A DNA stretch of 18,731 nt from Candidatus Micrarchaeota archaeon (GCA_043827025.1 JBDRPL010000014.1:1-18731); one strand, 5' to 3'; numbered from the stretch's first letter, positions 8,095 to 16,598 are shown. Notes: generated by a model not told the origin, from the sequence alone. Made by a program: numbers and translations.

Positions 8095-8748
8095 ATGCAC
8101 CTGCAAATCAGAAAAATGAGGGTTTCCCAAGATCTTGTAGAAGCAAGAAAGCAAAGGCCAAGACTAGAAAAAGCAGCTCAGTTTGTTGAAGGAATATATG
8201 GTAGGCCATTGCAGAGTAACCCGCAGGTCGTAAATGTTCCGTTAATGCCATTTGTAAGCGCTGGCGGTAAAGTTCTAAGTACTGGATTTATGGAGAATAT
8301 AATGCCACGTGCTGTAGTTCATGAATTAACTCATTCTGAAGACATTAAAGGAATGGCAGCAAAAGGCTGGAAAGAAAGACTTAAATTGCGTTTTGACTTC
8401 AAGCGCAGAATTTATTTAGAAGGAAGGGCAGTATTTGCTGAACACTTGTATATCGGAAAACCAAAGCGTTTTGATATGCATTTTACGGGAATGGTTGTTG
8501 GCGCAGTTGGGGCAGTGGCACTAGGAATAGCTGGCACTTCTATATCAATACCGATAGCACTAATGACAATAGGGGCGGCTTACTGGCTATTTAACAATGC
8601 CCTGTGCACCATTGCAAACAAGATCGGAGATCCGATAAAAGCATTTAGAATTACTTCTGAAAGAATTCCATCCTGGAAGGGACTTATATTTCCATTGCAA
8701 TATTATAGAGAAGAGATAGCAAAGGTTGAAGCTGAAAAAATAGCTTAA
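8095..8748 (+). CDS. Putative membrane-associated zinc metallopeptidase-like protein (HExxH...E)
   Basis: AVVHELTH (H76-H80) with downstream LEGRA (E109), a gluzincin-like spacing. Hydrophobic hairpin GMVVGAVGAVALGIAG / IPIALMTIGAAYWLF. Confidence 0.6.
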   Translation: MHLQIRKMRVSQDLVEARKQRPRLEKAAQFVEGIYGRPLQSNPQVVNVPLMPFVSAGGKVLSTGFMENIMPRAVVHELTHSEDIKGMAAKGWKERLKLRFDFKRRIYLEGRAVFAEHLYIGKPKRFDMHFTGMVVGAVGAVALGIAGTSISIPIALMTIGAAYWLFNNALCTIANKIGDPIKAFRITSERIPSWKGLIFPLQYYREEIAKVEAEKIA

Positions 8749-9377
8749 TTAGTTCTCCGCTTGAATTTCTTCCTTTGTGCATTCTTTACAGGTTGCTGAA
8801 TCTGTTTTTTCTTTCCGATGTTGTTAGCAATAGGAAGCAGGAAATAAGTTGTCGCACCACCTGCAATCAAGCCAGTTATCAAGCGAACCATGTTGGTGCT
8901 TTCATAGGATAAGAAGCCAAGCGAGGACAATACTTGAATTCCGCCATCCAAACCAATAGGTATCAATGCAATAATATACAATAATGGGGATGGCAGTCTT
9001 GGATCATCCAGCTTCTTGAAGAATGGATAGGCTAATAAGACAATGAACATTCCAAGATAAATACCAACATCTCTTGCACACACTAAAAACTTAAAGCCCG
9101 TATCTACTGCTTCATTCACTGTTTCAACAATGTGGTTGTCGCCTTGTATATTCTTTCCAAGTTGCGAGGTGCAATCTGCAATGTAAAATGAAGATGTCGA
9201 ATGATTCTGAAAAAGGCATTCTGACCGTGAGATTTTCTGGTGGCAGGCCCATTCAAAAGAAGTATAGATTGTATTCGCGCCTTCTGGATTGGTGAATGCA
9301 AGATAAGGCGTATAGATTGTAAGTGCCAATATCACGAAAAGAACGATGAATAATGCGATGTATGCGCGCTTGCCCAT
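8745..9377 (-). CDS. DUF2085-family membrane protein
   Basis: CHQKISRS, VCARDVGIYLG, LIPIGLDGGIQ, ESTNMVRLITGLIAG. Start moved to MGKRAYIAL. 4-nt convergent overlap with the HExxH gene. Confidence 0.85.
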   Translation of the reverse strand: MGKRAYIALFIVLFVILALTIYTPYLAFTNPEGANTIYTSFEWACHQKISRSECLFQNHSTSSFYIADCTSQLGKNIQGDNHIVETVNEAVDTGFKFLVCARDVGIYLGMFIVLLAYPFFKKLDDPRLPSPLLYIIALIPIGLDGGIQVLSSLGFLSYESTNMVRLITGLIAGGATTYFLLPIANNIGKKKQIQQPVKNAQRKKFKRRTN

Positions 9378-9460
9378 GTATATTATAGCAGACGCTAAAT
9401 TTATTAACAATGGCGAATAAATCCCATCAGATGAATAGATAGGAAGTAAAAGTGATTCAC

Positions 9461-10543
9461 ATGAAAAACTCCATTTCAACAATAGGCTCGCATTCAGCTC
9501 TTGAAGTGAGCGAAGGTGCAAGATCCGAAGGATTCAGGACAATAGTTGCATGCCAGCAGGGCAGGGAAAATGTTTATCTAGGATATTACAAGACGAGAAA
9601 AAGGGGCAAAGAAGAAGTTGGAGTAATTGATGAAGTGCTTCTGATGCCTAAATTCGCCAACATTGTCGAAGACAAATATCAAAAATATCTGCTTGATCGG
9701 AATGCAATTTTTATCCCAAATCGAAGTTTTTCAGTTTATGTCGGATACGATAACATCGAGAAAAAATTCCATGTTCCGATATTCGGCAACAAGTATCTTT
9801 TGCGGGCCGAAGAGAGAGACCAGCCAAACAACCAATATGACCTAATGAAAAAGGCAGGTATGAATTATCCAAGAGAAATTTCATCTCCGGAAAAAATAAA
9901 TGCGCCTTGTATTGTCAAGGTGAATGAAAAACAGAGAAAATACGAGCGGGCATTCTTTGTGGCCACAAGCCCTGACGAGTATGAAAAGAAGAGCCAGCAC
10001 CTTCTAAAAGACGATAAGATAACAGAGGAAGACCTCAAAAAAGCAAAAATCGAAGAATTTATCATAGGCGCTCCATTCAACTTCAACTTCTTCTATTCTA
10101 AGGTGCATGAAGAACTGGAATTGATGGGTGTGGATATGAGAAGGCAAACCAATCTAGATGGCTACCTTCACCTTCCTGCAGACATCCAGCTTGAACTTCT
10201 CAAAACAAGAGAGCCTAGAAATATAGAAGCAGGCCATATAGCATGCACAGTTCGCGAATCATTACTTCAAAACGTGTTTGAACAGGCTGAGAAACTGGTA
10301 AAGAGTGCTGAAAAACAATACAAACCAGGAATAATCGGGCCTTTTGCACTCCAAGGCGCAATAGAAGAAAGGGATGGCAAGGAAAGATTCGTCACATTCG
10401 ACATTTCGTTTAGAATACCTGGCTCCCCTGGAACAAGATTCACACCATACTCTGGATATATTTTCGGAGAGACGATGTCATTCGGAAGAAGAATTGCAAA
10501 AGAAATAAAAGAAGCTAAAAAAATAGATCAGATTACAAGCTAA
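9461..10543 (+). CDS. purP: PurP-like ATP-grasp protein (FAICAR synthetase family, divergent paralogue without the Gly-rich loop)
   Basis: TIGSHSAL, IPNRSF, PIFGN, RKYERAFF in place of GAxGGRGYF, RRQTNLDG, VRESLL, PGIIGPFALQ, RIPGSPG, MSFGRRIA. ATG at 9461 follows SD-like AGTGAT. Confidence 0.88.
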   Translation: MKNSISTIGSHSALEVSEGARSEGFRTIVACQQGRENVYLGYYKTRKRGKEEVGVIDEVLLMPKFANIVEDKYQKYLLDRNAIFIPNRSFSVYVGYDNIEKKFHVPIFGNKYLLRAEERDQPNNQYDLMKKAGMNYPREISSPEKINAPCIVKVNEKQRKYERAFFVATSPDEYEKKSQHLLKDDKITEEDLKKAKIEEFIIGAPFNFNFFYSKVHEELELMGVDMRRQTNLDGYLHLPADIQLELLKTREPRNIEAGHIACTVRESLLQNVFEQAEKLVKSAEKQYKPGIIGPFALQGAIEERDGKERFVTFDISFRIPGSPGTRFTPYSGYIFGETMSFGRRIAKEIKEAKKIDQITS

Positions 10544-10967
10544 TTGCTTGCGAATCATCTTCATCAGGCAATGAAGAAGACAGGAGAATATCCGCCAGCA
10601 CTTTCTTTGCTTTCCTGTGCTTGTCAACCTTCAGCACAAAAACACCTTCAGCAGGGCTGGAGGAAAGCACTGAAAGACTCTCTATATTTATATCTTCCTT
10701 TGCCAGCCTATCTGAAATAGAATGCACTGCACCTGGATTGTTAGGCACCTTGACCAATATGGAGTCTTCAGTAGTTGTCATGAACCCGTTATTATTAAGA
10801 ACATCCATTGTCTTCTTCGGATCCTTCACCAGCAAAGTAACCAATGCCTTACCGCCTACAACTTCAACGTCCAATGATTCGATATTAACCTTGGACTTTC
10901 CAAGCACGTACGATATATCGCATAGTAATCCAACCCGATCTTCGTTTATCAATGTAACTTGTTTCAT
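10533..10967 (-). CDS. Tandem ACT-domain protein
   Basis: EDRVGLLCDISYVLGKSKVNIESL and PNNPGAVHSISDRLAKEDINIESL. SD GGTGAT precedes MKQVTL. Confidence 0.88.
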   Translation of the reverse strand: MKQVTLINEDRVGLLCDISYVLGKSKVNIESLDVEVVGGKALVTLLVKDPKKTMDVLNNNGFMTTTEDSILVKVPNNPGAVHSISDRLAKEDINIESLSVLSSSPAEGVFVLKVDKHRKAKKVLADILLSSSLPDEDDSQAISL

Positions 10968-11003
10968 TCTAATCACCAGCAAACACCTTTAATATAAAAA
11001 AAA

Positions 11004-11306
11004 TTACAGCCTGAAAAGGTCACCACTTATGGAATCCAGTGCTGCAAAAACCCTGTAACTATCCGTAGTACCATGAGACAGTGCCCTGACCTTGGCTCTA
11101 TTCAACAGAGACAGTACTCTTATCTTGTCATTAGTCTCAATCTTGCTATTGAACATCAAGGTCCTAATTCTTGTTGCAAGAGACACTACCTGGTCACCTG
11201 ATCGCGGATCTGACAAATTAGCTTCCATTGATCTTTCTAGGTCGAAAGTCAATTTTGGCAGATCGTCATTACTTCCTCCAAACATAGATTTTATCGCGCC
11301 AAACAT
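11004..11306 (-). CDS. Small helical hypothetical protein (100 aa)
   Basis: Start moved to MFGAIKS after a GGGGGG SD-like run. Divergent from the Lrp gene. Confidence 0.6.
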   Translation of the reverse strand: MFGAIKSMFGGSNDDLPKLTFDLERSMEANLSDPRSGDQVVSLATRIRTLMFNSKIETNDKIRVLSLLNRAKVRALSHGTTDSYRVFAALDSISGDLFRL

Positions 11307-11436
11307 ATTCAACCCCCCGTAATTAATATGAATTAGGTAGGATATATATGTTTCGCGAGTTTTAGTGTGCAAATCCACAGTAGATTTAAATATTTATTGT
11401 ATGAAATAACATAAAACACAAGACAATGGCGATATT

Positions 11437-11913
11437 ATGGTTGAAAAACTTGATAAACTGGATGTTGAAATACTAAGCGCATTGAAGGAGGATTCAAAGA
11501 TGTCCTATAGAAAGCTTTCGGAAAGATTAGGTGTACATCCAAACACCCTGCTTCAGAGGATAAAAAAGCTTGAAGCCAGCGAAGTAATACGGAAATACAC
11601 CATAGACATAGATTTCGAGAAATTAGGCTACGAAATGCATGTTGCAGTCCTAATGAAGGTAAAGGGAGGCCACATAGGAGATTACGACCAGCTGAAAGAC
11701 GTCGCAAAAGTACCTCAAGTAGAGCTATTATGCGGAATCACAGGAACATATGACGTAGTTTGTTTCATAAGGGTAAAGGATAGGATAGAACTTGTTGAAG
11801 TCTTGAAAAAACTGCAGATGCACCCGATCATTGCAAGGACAAACAGCCATACTATATTGTACTCATATAAGAGATATAATGAATTCAACCCATTGAGTGT
11901 GCCATTGCCCTAA
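11437..11913 (+). CDS. Lrp/AsnC family transcriptional regulator
   Basis: LDKLDVEILSALKEDSKMSYRKLSERLGVHPNTLLQRIKKLEASEVI (HTH), IDFEKLG, ITGTYD (RAM domain). Confidence 0.95.
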   Translation: MVEKLDKLDVEILSALKEDSKMSYRKLSERLGVHPNTLLQRIKKLEASEVIRKYTIDIDFEKLGYEMHVAVLMKVKGGHIGDYDQLKDVAKVPQVELLCGITGTYDVVCFIRVKDRIELVEVLKKLQMHPIIARTNSHTILYSYKRYNEFNPLSVPLP

Positions 11914-12891
11914 TCACAGCACTACAGACAAGTCTGAAAATTTTCTTTTTTCTTTAAGCCTGAAGACTGCACCTGTCATGTCATGCTGAGAATCAATTGC
12001 TTTTGAGTTTGGACTTTCGTTTAGATCAAAGCCTGCCTGTGCAAAAAGATCATAAAGTTTGCTTTTATTTATGGGGCTTGTGTTCTTATGCACCAACTCA
12101 TTTAATCCAGGAATCGATCTTTCTGTTGCAGGACTTACAACTAACTTGAATTCCTCTGCACTGAATAACTGCCCTCCTTCTGCACATATCATCGATGCTA
12201 TCTGGGCAGCCCTGAATTTCGCCTGAAGAGTCCTGCTGCGGAACTCCGAGATAGACTCATCCTCTACTCTTCCACCCCCTATCCAATGATTAACATAAGT
12301 CATAAAAAGAAACTGTGCAGGCGTATTCAAAAGCCAGTCCATACGGTTAAGATACACATCTTCTATCGATGAACTTACTAATACTACTTTGTGCACATCG
12401 GGATTTTCACCAATCCAAGATGCAGGATAACCTGCACATTCAAGTGAAGTAGTCAAATTTGTCCCAGATTGGCGCAACATTGTTGTTGCATCAACATCAA
12501 GAGCCACAATTGCAGGAGTATGAGGATGAGCTGCAACAAAGCCCATAAGTTTTCTCTTCACTTCCCCATTTCCCGATCGAATCAAATAAGCAAGCAAATG
12601 TGCAGTGCCACAGCCAAGATCTACAATTGGAAAATCCAATGTGCTAAGGATGAAATGGCGGGCTAAATATTCCAATGCATCATAATGCCCAGTCACTCGC
12701 ATAACGTGGTCGTATACAGGACCATTAAAAGGCCCTTCATAAATCCCACGGACACCTAACAGAGCTCGAATATCTTGTGAAGAAAAGGGTTTTATAATTG
12801 ATTCATTAAGCGGAGATCGCGTTGCATGCTCCCCCGTTCTAGACCTAGCAGAACCTGCAGATGTTAAAGAGTGAGCAACAGCACTAGCCAT
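11914..12891 (-). CDS. Class I SAM-dependent methyltransferase-fold protein
   Basis: Motif I IVDLGCGTAHLL, beta2 IVALDVD, FMTYVNHW, ICAEGGQLFSAE. Start moved to MASAVAHS, with TTTTAAT about 25-31 nt upstream. Confidence 0.75.
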   Translation of the reverse strand: MASAVAHSLTSAGSARSRTGEHATRSPLNESIIKPFSSQDIRALLGVRGIYEGPFNGPVYDHVMRVTGHYDALEYLARHFILSTLDFPIVDLGCGTAHLLAYLIRSGNGEVKRKLMGFVAAHPHTPAIVALDVDATTMLRQSGTNLTTSLECAGYPASWIGENPDVHKVVLVSSSIEDVYLNRMDWLLNTPAQFLFMTYVNHWIGGGRVEDESISEFRSRTLQAKFRAAQIASMICAEGGQLFSAEEFKLVVSPATERSIPGLNELVHKNTSPINKSKLYDLFAQAGFDLNESPNSKAIDSQHDMTGAVFRLKEKRKFSDLSVVL

Positions 12892-12951
12892 AAAAAAAGA
12901 TATGATGGGAAACATATTAAAATCCATCAGCTGATTCAAAAAACAACATTA

Positions 12952-13722
12952 TTATTTATAAAAAGTAGCAGAATGTATGGTAATTTCATCACTAACCCTG
13001 AACCTGGAGCCATGTCCAAGCAGATTGAGACCTGCATCGGTGAGAATTTCATGATGCAACTCTACAACACTCATTGGAAAGCATACATTCTGAAAAGCAT
13101 TGGAAATATTTAGGTTGCCTGCTAAATATTCAGTCATTTGCAAAGGCCGAGATACGAATCTGGCTGCATTCACCCCGCTTGGAAATGCTTCAAGACTTAT
13201 CAACAACCCTCCATCTGCAAGATAATGCGTGAACTTTGATGCAATTTTAATTCTGTCATCTGGAGGGAAATGAAAAAATAAATTTGCCACAATGATCGTG
13301 TCGAATCCACCATAAAAACCATCCCTGATTACAGACTGATCAAGATTTTTATGAAGAAAAAATTCCAGATTAAAATCCTTGGCACCAGGAGCAGATTTTA
13401 TCCTCCTGGAGATTTCTGAAACGACCTGCTCCGAAATCCCTATAGACGTGATCCTGGATTTACCTGCTTGAGATTGCCAGGCATCATGAGCCGCCTTTAA
13501 TTGAAGCAAATGACAAACAAGAAATCCATTAAGAAAACTGAAATCAAGGATTCTTGGGCCGACATTGTTGAGGATACTGCTGAATGCTTTCCTAAAGCCC
13601 CTTGATTCCCCAGTAGCTTCCATATTTTCAAAAAGTATGCGTCCTGAGCGCCTGCTAAAAAAAGTGGCAAGATTTTGATTGTGTGGTGTTGAATAACCTT
13701 GTCTTAACCTACGGCCTGCCAT
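12952..13722 (-). CDS. Degenerate methyltransferase-fold protein (motif I glycines mostly lost)
   Basis: RILDFSFLNGFL, ITSIGIS, FDTIIVANLFFHF, YLADGGLLISLE. Start moved to MAGRRLRQG. Confidence 0.6.
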   Translation of the reverse strand: MAGRRLRQGYSTPHNQNLATFFSRRSGRILFENMEATGESRGFRKAFSSILNNVGPRILDFSFLNGFLVCHLLQLKAAHDAWQSQAGKSRITSIGISEQVVSEISRRIKSAPGAKDFNLEFFLHKNLDQSVIRDGFYGGFDTIIVANLFFHFPPDDRIKIASKFTHYLADGGLLISLEAFPSGVNAARFVSRPLQMTEYLAGNLNISNAFQNVCFPMSVVELHHEILTDAGLNLLGHGSRFRVSDEITIHSATFYK

Positions 13723-13753
13723 GGAAGAAAAGTATATACAACTTATTTTAAAC

Positions 13754-13780
13754 CTTCTTATTTTTATAAAAAAGACCACA
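13754..13780 (-). promoter_or_regulatory. 27-bp duplicated upstream element, copy 1
   Basis: CTTCTTATTTTTATAAAAAAGACCACA, 26/27 identical to 14706-14732, at -32..-58 of the ATG at 13722. Confidence 0.75.
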
Positions 13781-14674
13781 TTAGAGATTTTTTTGATAAA
13801 ATGTGCAAAAGACATTACCTGATGGAATATAAGAATCATGATACGCAAGAAGATCGAAGCCATTGTTGACTAATTTCGAAAACAGATCGTCAGGAATAGG
13901 TTTTGACAACAGCCCATATAGCAAACGAGTAGTTTCATCTATTTCAATGTTCGAATAAGGAATAAGCTGGTTTTGTTGTTCTAATGGCTTAAATGTCAAG
14001 AGCAAAAGATATTTCCCTGGTTGGATAAGCTCTTTGGCACCCATCAAAAAAGAGAGGGCATCCCCTCTGATCAAACTAAGATTCGATACTACGACCACAT
14101 CGAATTTTCCATGCAGATCTACAGGCATTTCTACAGGATCATAGGCAGTGAACCGAATTGTCTGAAAAACATTTTCCGGAATGTCGCGATGTAATCTTTG
14201 CTGTGCAAGACAACTCATGTTGTCAGATAGGGAATTTATCCAGAATAATAGGGGATTTTCTGAAAAAAAAGGATGGTGGCGATTGAATGCGGCATATAAC
14301 TGAGAAAGGAAAACACATGTAGTGGTATTCAAATTCAAGACACTTCCTTTGAAAAAGGCGGGGGCAGAAGTTGCAAGCTGGTATGCAAACCCGTCCATTG
14401 CATTGTGGAGCCCTGAAACCAACCCATGGGCATCCCAAACATCTGCATCACAACCAATTAGATGAGACGGCGCAGCAGGATTTCTAGCACTGAGACGGTC
14501 GAATAAATGAACCAGCAATTCTCTGGAACTCAGAATACTTTCTGGAACAGGTTGTCTAAGAATGGATGGATTTGAATTAAGTGTATCGATAAATTCTTTT
14601 GGAGTAGGCCCATACCCAGATGTGTGTGAACCAGAATTATGGCCTACTGAACACCTAATTTTGCCTCTCCCCAT
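13781..14674 (-). CDS. Highly degenerate methyltransferase-fold protein
   Basis: GSVLNLNTTTCVFL (motif I position), KFDVVVVSNL, AKELIQPGKYLLLL, LVNNGFDLL. Same motif order as its two neighbours. Confidence 0.55.
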   Translation of the reverse strand: MGRGKIRCSVGHNSGSHTSGYGPTPKEFIDTLNSNPSILRQPVPESILSSRELLVHLFDRLSARNPAAPSHLIGCDADVWDAHGLVSGLHNAMDGFAYQLATSAPAFFKGSVLNLNTTTCVFLSQLYAAFNRHHPFFSENPLLFWINSLSDNMSCLAQQRLHRDIPENVFQTIRFTAYDPVEMPVDLHGKFDVVVVSNLSLIRGDALSFLMGAKELIQPGKYLLLLTFKPLEQQNQLIPYSNIEIDETTRLLYGLLSKPIPDDLFSKLVNNGFDLLAYHDSYIPSGNVFCTFYQKNL

Positions 14675-14705
14675 GACAGTTGTTTATTCGGAAAAATATT
14701 TAATA

Positions 14706-14732
14706 CTTCTCATTTTTATAAAAAAGACCACA
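14706..14732 (-). promoter_or_regulatory. 27-bp duplicated upstream element, copy 2
   Basis: CTTCTCATTTTTATAAAAAAGACCACA, at -32..-58 of the ATG at 14674. Confidence 0.75.
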
Positions 14733-14755
14733 ACTTGCCGATAAACACCTTGAGA

Positions 14756-14770
14756 AGAAAGTTTTAAATA
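14756..14770 (+). promoter_or_regulatory. BRE + TATA for purP-uppS (probably leaderless)
   Basis: AGAAAG-TTTTAAATA ending 22 nt before the ATG at 14792. Confidence 0.6.
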
Positions 14771-14791
14771 AACCTATTGCTGATATAACAC

Positions 14792-15832
14792 ATGGTCCAA
14801 AAGAAAATAATAGACGAAATCATAGATAGTTACCCAGAAATATCCATAGCAACCATCTGTTCCCATTCTTCTCTTCAAATCTTCAAAGGAGCACGTGAGG
14901 AAGGAATCAAAACAATCGGCATAGTAAAAAAGGAAAACAAGAAACTTTACGAGTCGTTTCCCTTCGGAAAGCCGGATGAGTTTATAATTGTGGATGATTA
15001 CAAAAACATCCCTGTCAGTGAGCTTGTGGCAAAGAATGCAATAGTCATCCCACATGGCTCGTTTGTAGAGTATGTGGGAGAAAAATTCGATTCAATGGAA
15101 CTGCCTGTTTACGGCAACAGAAAAAGCCTTGTTTGGGAAAGAAGCAGGGAAAAGATGATAGAATGGCTGAGAAAGGCAGGCATCAAAACACCTAAAACTC
15201 TCAAGCCTAACGATATTGATGGCCCATGCCTTGTGAAATTTCCAGGTGCAAAAGGCGGCAGGGGATATTTCATAGTCAAAACAAGGGAAGAATTCGATGA
15301 GATAGTTGGAAAGCAGGAATGTATGATCCAGGAATTCATCATCGGGGTAAGGGCCTACCCACATTATTTCTTCTCACCTATTTCAGAAATCGGCTATCCT
15401 GCAAAACACGGAAGGATCGAATTGTTGGGAGTTGACACGAGGATAGAAAGTTCAGCGAATGAAATTGCACGAGCTGTGTCAGCAGGCATTAAGAAGAAGA
15501 TGGCATTCACAGTCATCGGCAACCAATCCATGGTATTAAGAGAGTCATTGCTTGGCGAATATTTCGAGATGGGCAGGAAAGTCAGGGATGCATCAATAGA
15601 TCTGTTCGGAGGGATATTCGGGCCGTATTGCATTGAAACGATAATCACAGAAGACCTTGAAATATATGCATTTGAAATTTCTGCAAGGATAGTCGCAGGC
15701 ACGAATGTTTATCCTAACGGCTCACCTTATTCAACATATTATTATAATGAGCCAATGAGCACAGGAAAAAGAATCGCACGCGAACTGAAGGAAGCTTTCA
15801 AAAGGAAGAGATTAAAAGAAATCATTTATTAG
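14792..15832 (+). CDS. purP: PurP, formate-dependent FAICAR synthetase family (ATP-grasp)
   Basis: IATICSHSSLQIFKGAREEG, IPHGSFVEY, KFPGAKGGRGYF, VLRESLL, FEISARIVAGTN, EPMSTGKRIARE. Confidence 0.92.
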   Translation: MVQKKIIDEIIDSYPEISIATICSHSSLQIFKGAREEGIKTIGIVKKENKKLYESFPFGKPDEFIIVDDYKNIPVSELVAKNAIVIPHGSFVEYVGEKFDSMELPVYGNRKSLVWERSREKMIEWLRKAGIKTPKTLKPNDIDGPCLVKFPGAKGGRGYFIVKTREEFDEIVGKQECMIQEFIIGVRAYPHYFFSPISEIGYPAKHGRIELLGVDTRIESSANEIARAVSAGIKKKMAFTVIGNQSMVLRESLLGEYFEMGRKVRDASIDLFGGIFGPYCIETIITEDLEIYAFEISARIVAGTNVYPNGSPYSTYYYNEPMSTGKRIARELKEAFKRKRLKEIIY

Positions 15833-15840
15833 ATATAATT

Positions 15841-16530
15841 ATGGAAGAGAATTATCCAAAACATGTAGCCATAATTCCAGATGGAAATCGCAGATGGGGA
15901 AAGCTGCATGGAATTTCAAATAACAAAGCCTATGCCATGGGCATTGACAAGATACAGGACGTACTGAAATGGTGCAGGGAATTTGATATCCATATGGTCA
16001 GCTTCTGGGGATTCTCAATGGATAATTTCAAGAGGGATGAAAGCGAAATAAAAAAGCTGTTCGAACTCTTCAAATCAAACTTAAGGAAGATACTCAACTC
16101 AGAAGAACGAGAGAAGTATGATGTCAAAGTGAAGTTCATAGGAAGAACGCACCTTTTCCCAAGAGAAATACAGGAAATGATAAAAAAAGGGGAGGAGATG
16201 TCTGCAAAGAACAAGACATACCAGCTCAATCTTTTCCTTGCATATGGTGGAAGGGATGAAATTATAGACGCAGTTAATAAGATAATACGATCGGGTGTGA
16301 AAGAGGTTGATGAAAAAACAATCAGCGAACACATGTATACAAAAGACATGCCCGACCCTGATCTTGTAATAAGAACATCTGGAGAAAAAAGGCTAAGCGG
16401 ACTTATGCCCTGGCAGACATGCTATTCGGAATTCTATTTCTCAGACAAGCTATGGCCCGACTTCTCAAAAGAAGATTTCAAAGATGCTTTGGAAGATTAC
16501 GCGAAAAGGAAGAGAAGATATGGCAAGTAA
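15841..16530 (+). CDS. uppS: cis-prenyltransferase (polyprenyl/undecaprenyl diphosphate synthase)
   Basis: PKHVAIIPDGNRRW, FSMDNFKR, YGGRDEI, PDPDLVIRTSGEKRLSGLMPWQ, LWPDF, C-terminal RRYG. Confidence 0.95.
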   Translation: MEENYPKHVAIIPDGNRRWGKLHGISNNKAYAMGIDKIQDVLKWCREFDIHMVSFWGFSMDNFKRDESEIKKLFELFKSNLRKILNSEEREKYDVKVKFIGRTHLFPREIQEMIKKGEEMSAKNKTYQLNLFLAYGGRDEIIDAVNKIIRSGVKEVDEKTISEHMYTKDMPDPDLVIRTSGEKRLSGLMPWQTCYSEFYFSDKLWPDFSKEDFKDALEDYAKRKRRYGK

Positions 16531-16550
16531 TTTACTCGCATTTTTGGCAA

Positions 16551-16595
16551 CGAAAGCTATTTAAGTACAAACATGGCGATATATAACAAGGTGAT
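16551..16595 (+). promoter_or_regulatory. BRE/TATA and Shine-Dalgarno of the GS-like gene
   Basis: CGAAAGC-TATTTAAG (16551-16565), then GGTGAT (16590-16595) 3 nt before the TTG start. Confidence 0.6.
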
Positions 16596-16598
16596 TAC

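Noticed and set aside
9410..9442. Short upstream ORF MANKSHQMNR before purP-like, and similar ATGGCG-initiated mini-ORFs at 11426 and 16573
   Set aside because: The ATGs at 9410 and 16573 are too close to the TATA-like element to be transcribed, and the peptides share nothing beyond Met-Ala. Kept only as a DNA motif.
11914..14674. Methyltransferase trio as a restriction-modification system or mobile island
   Set aside because: No DPPY/NPPY or PC catalytic motifs, and no nuclease, integrase, transposase or flanking tRNA in the window.
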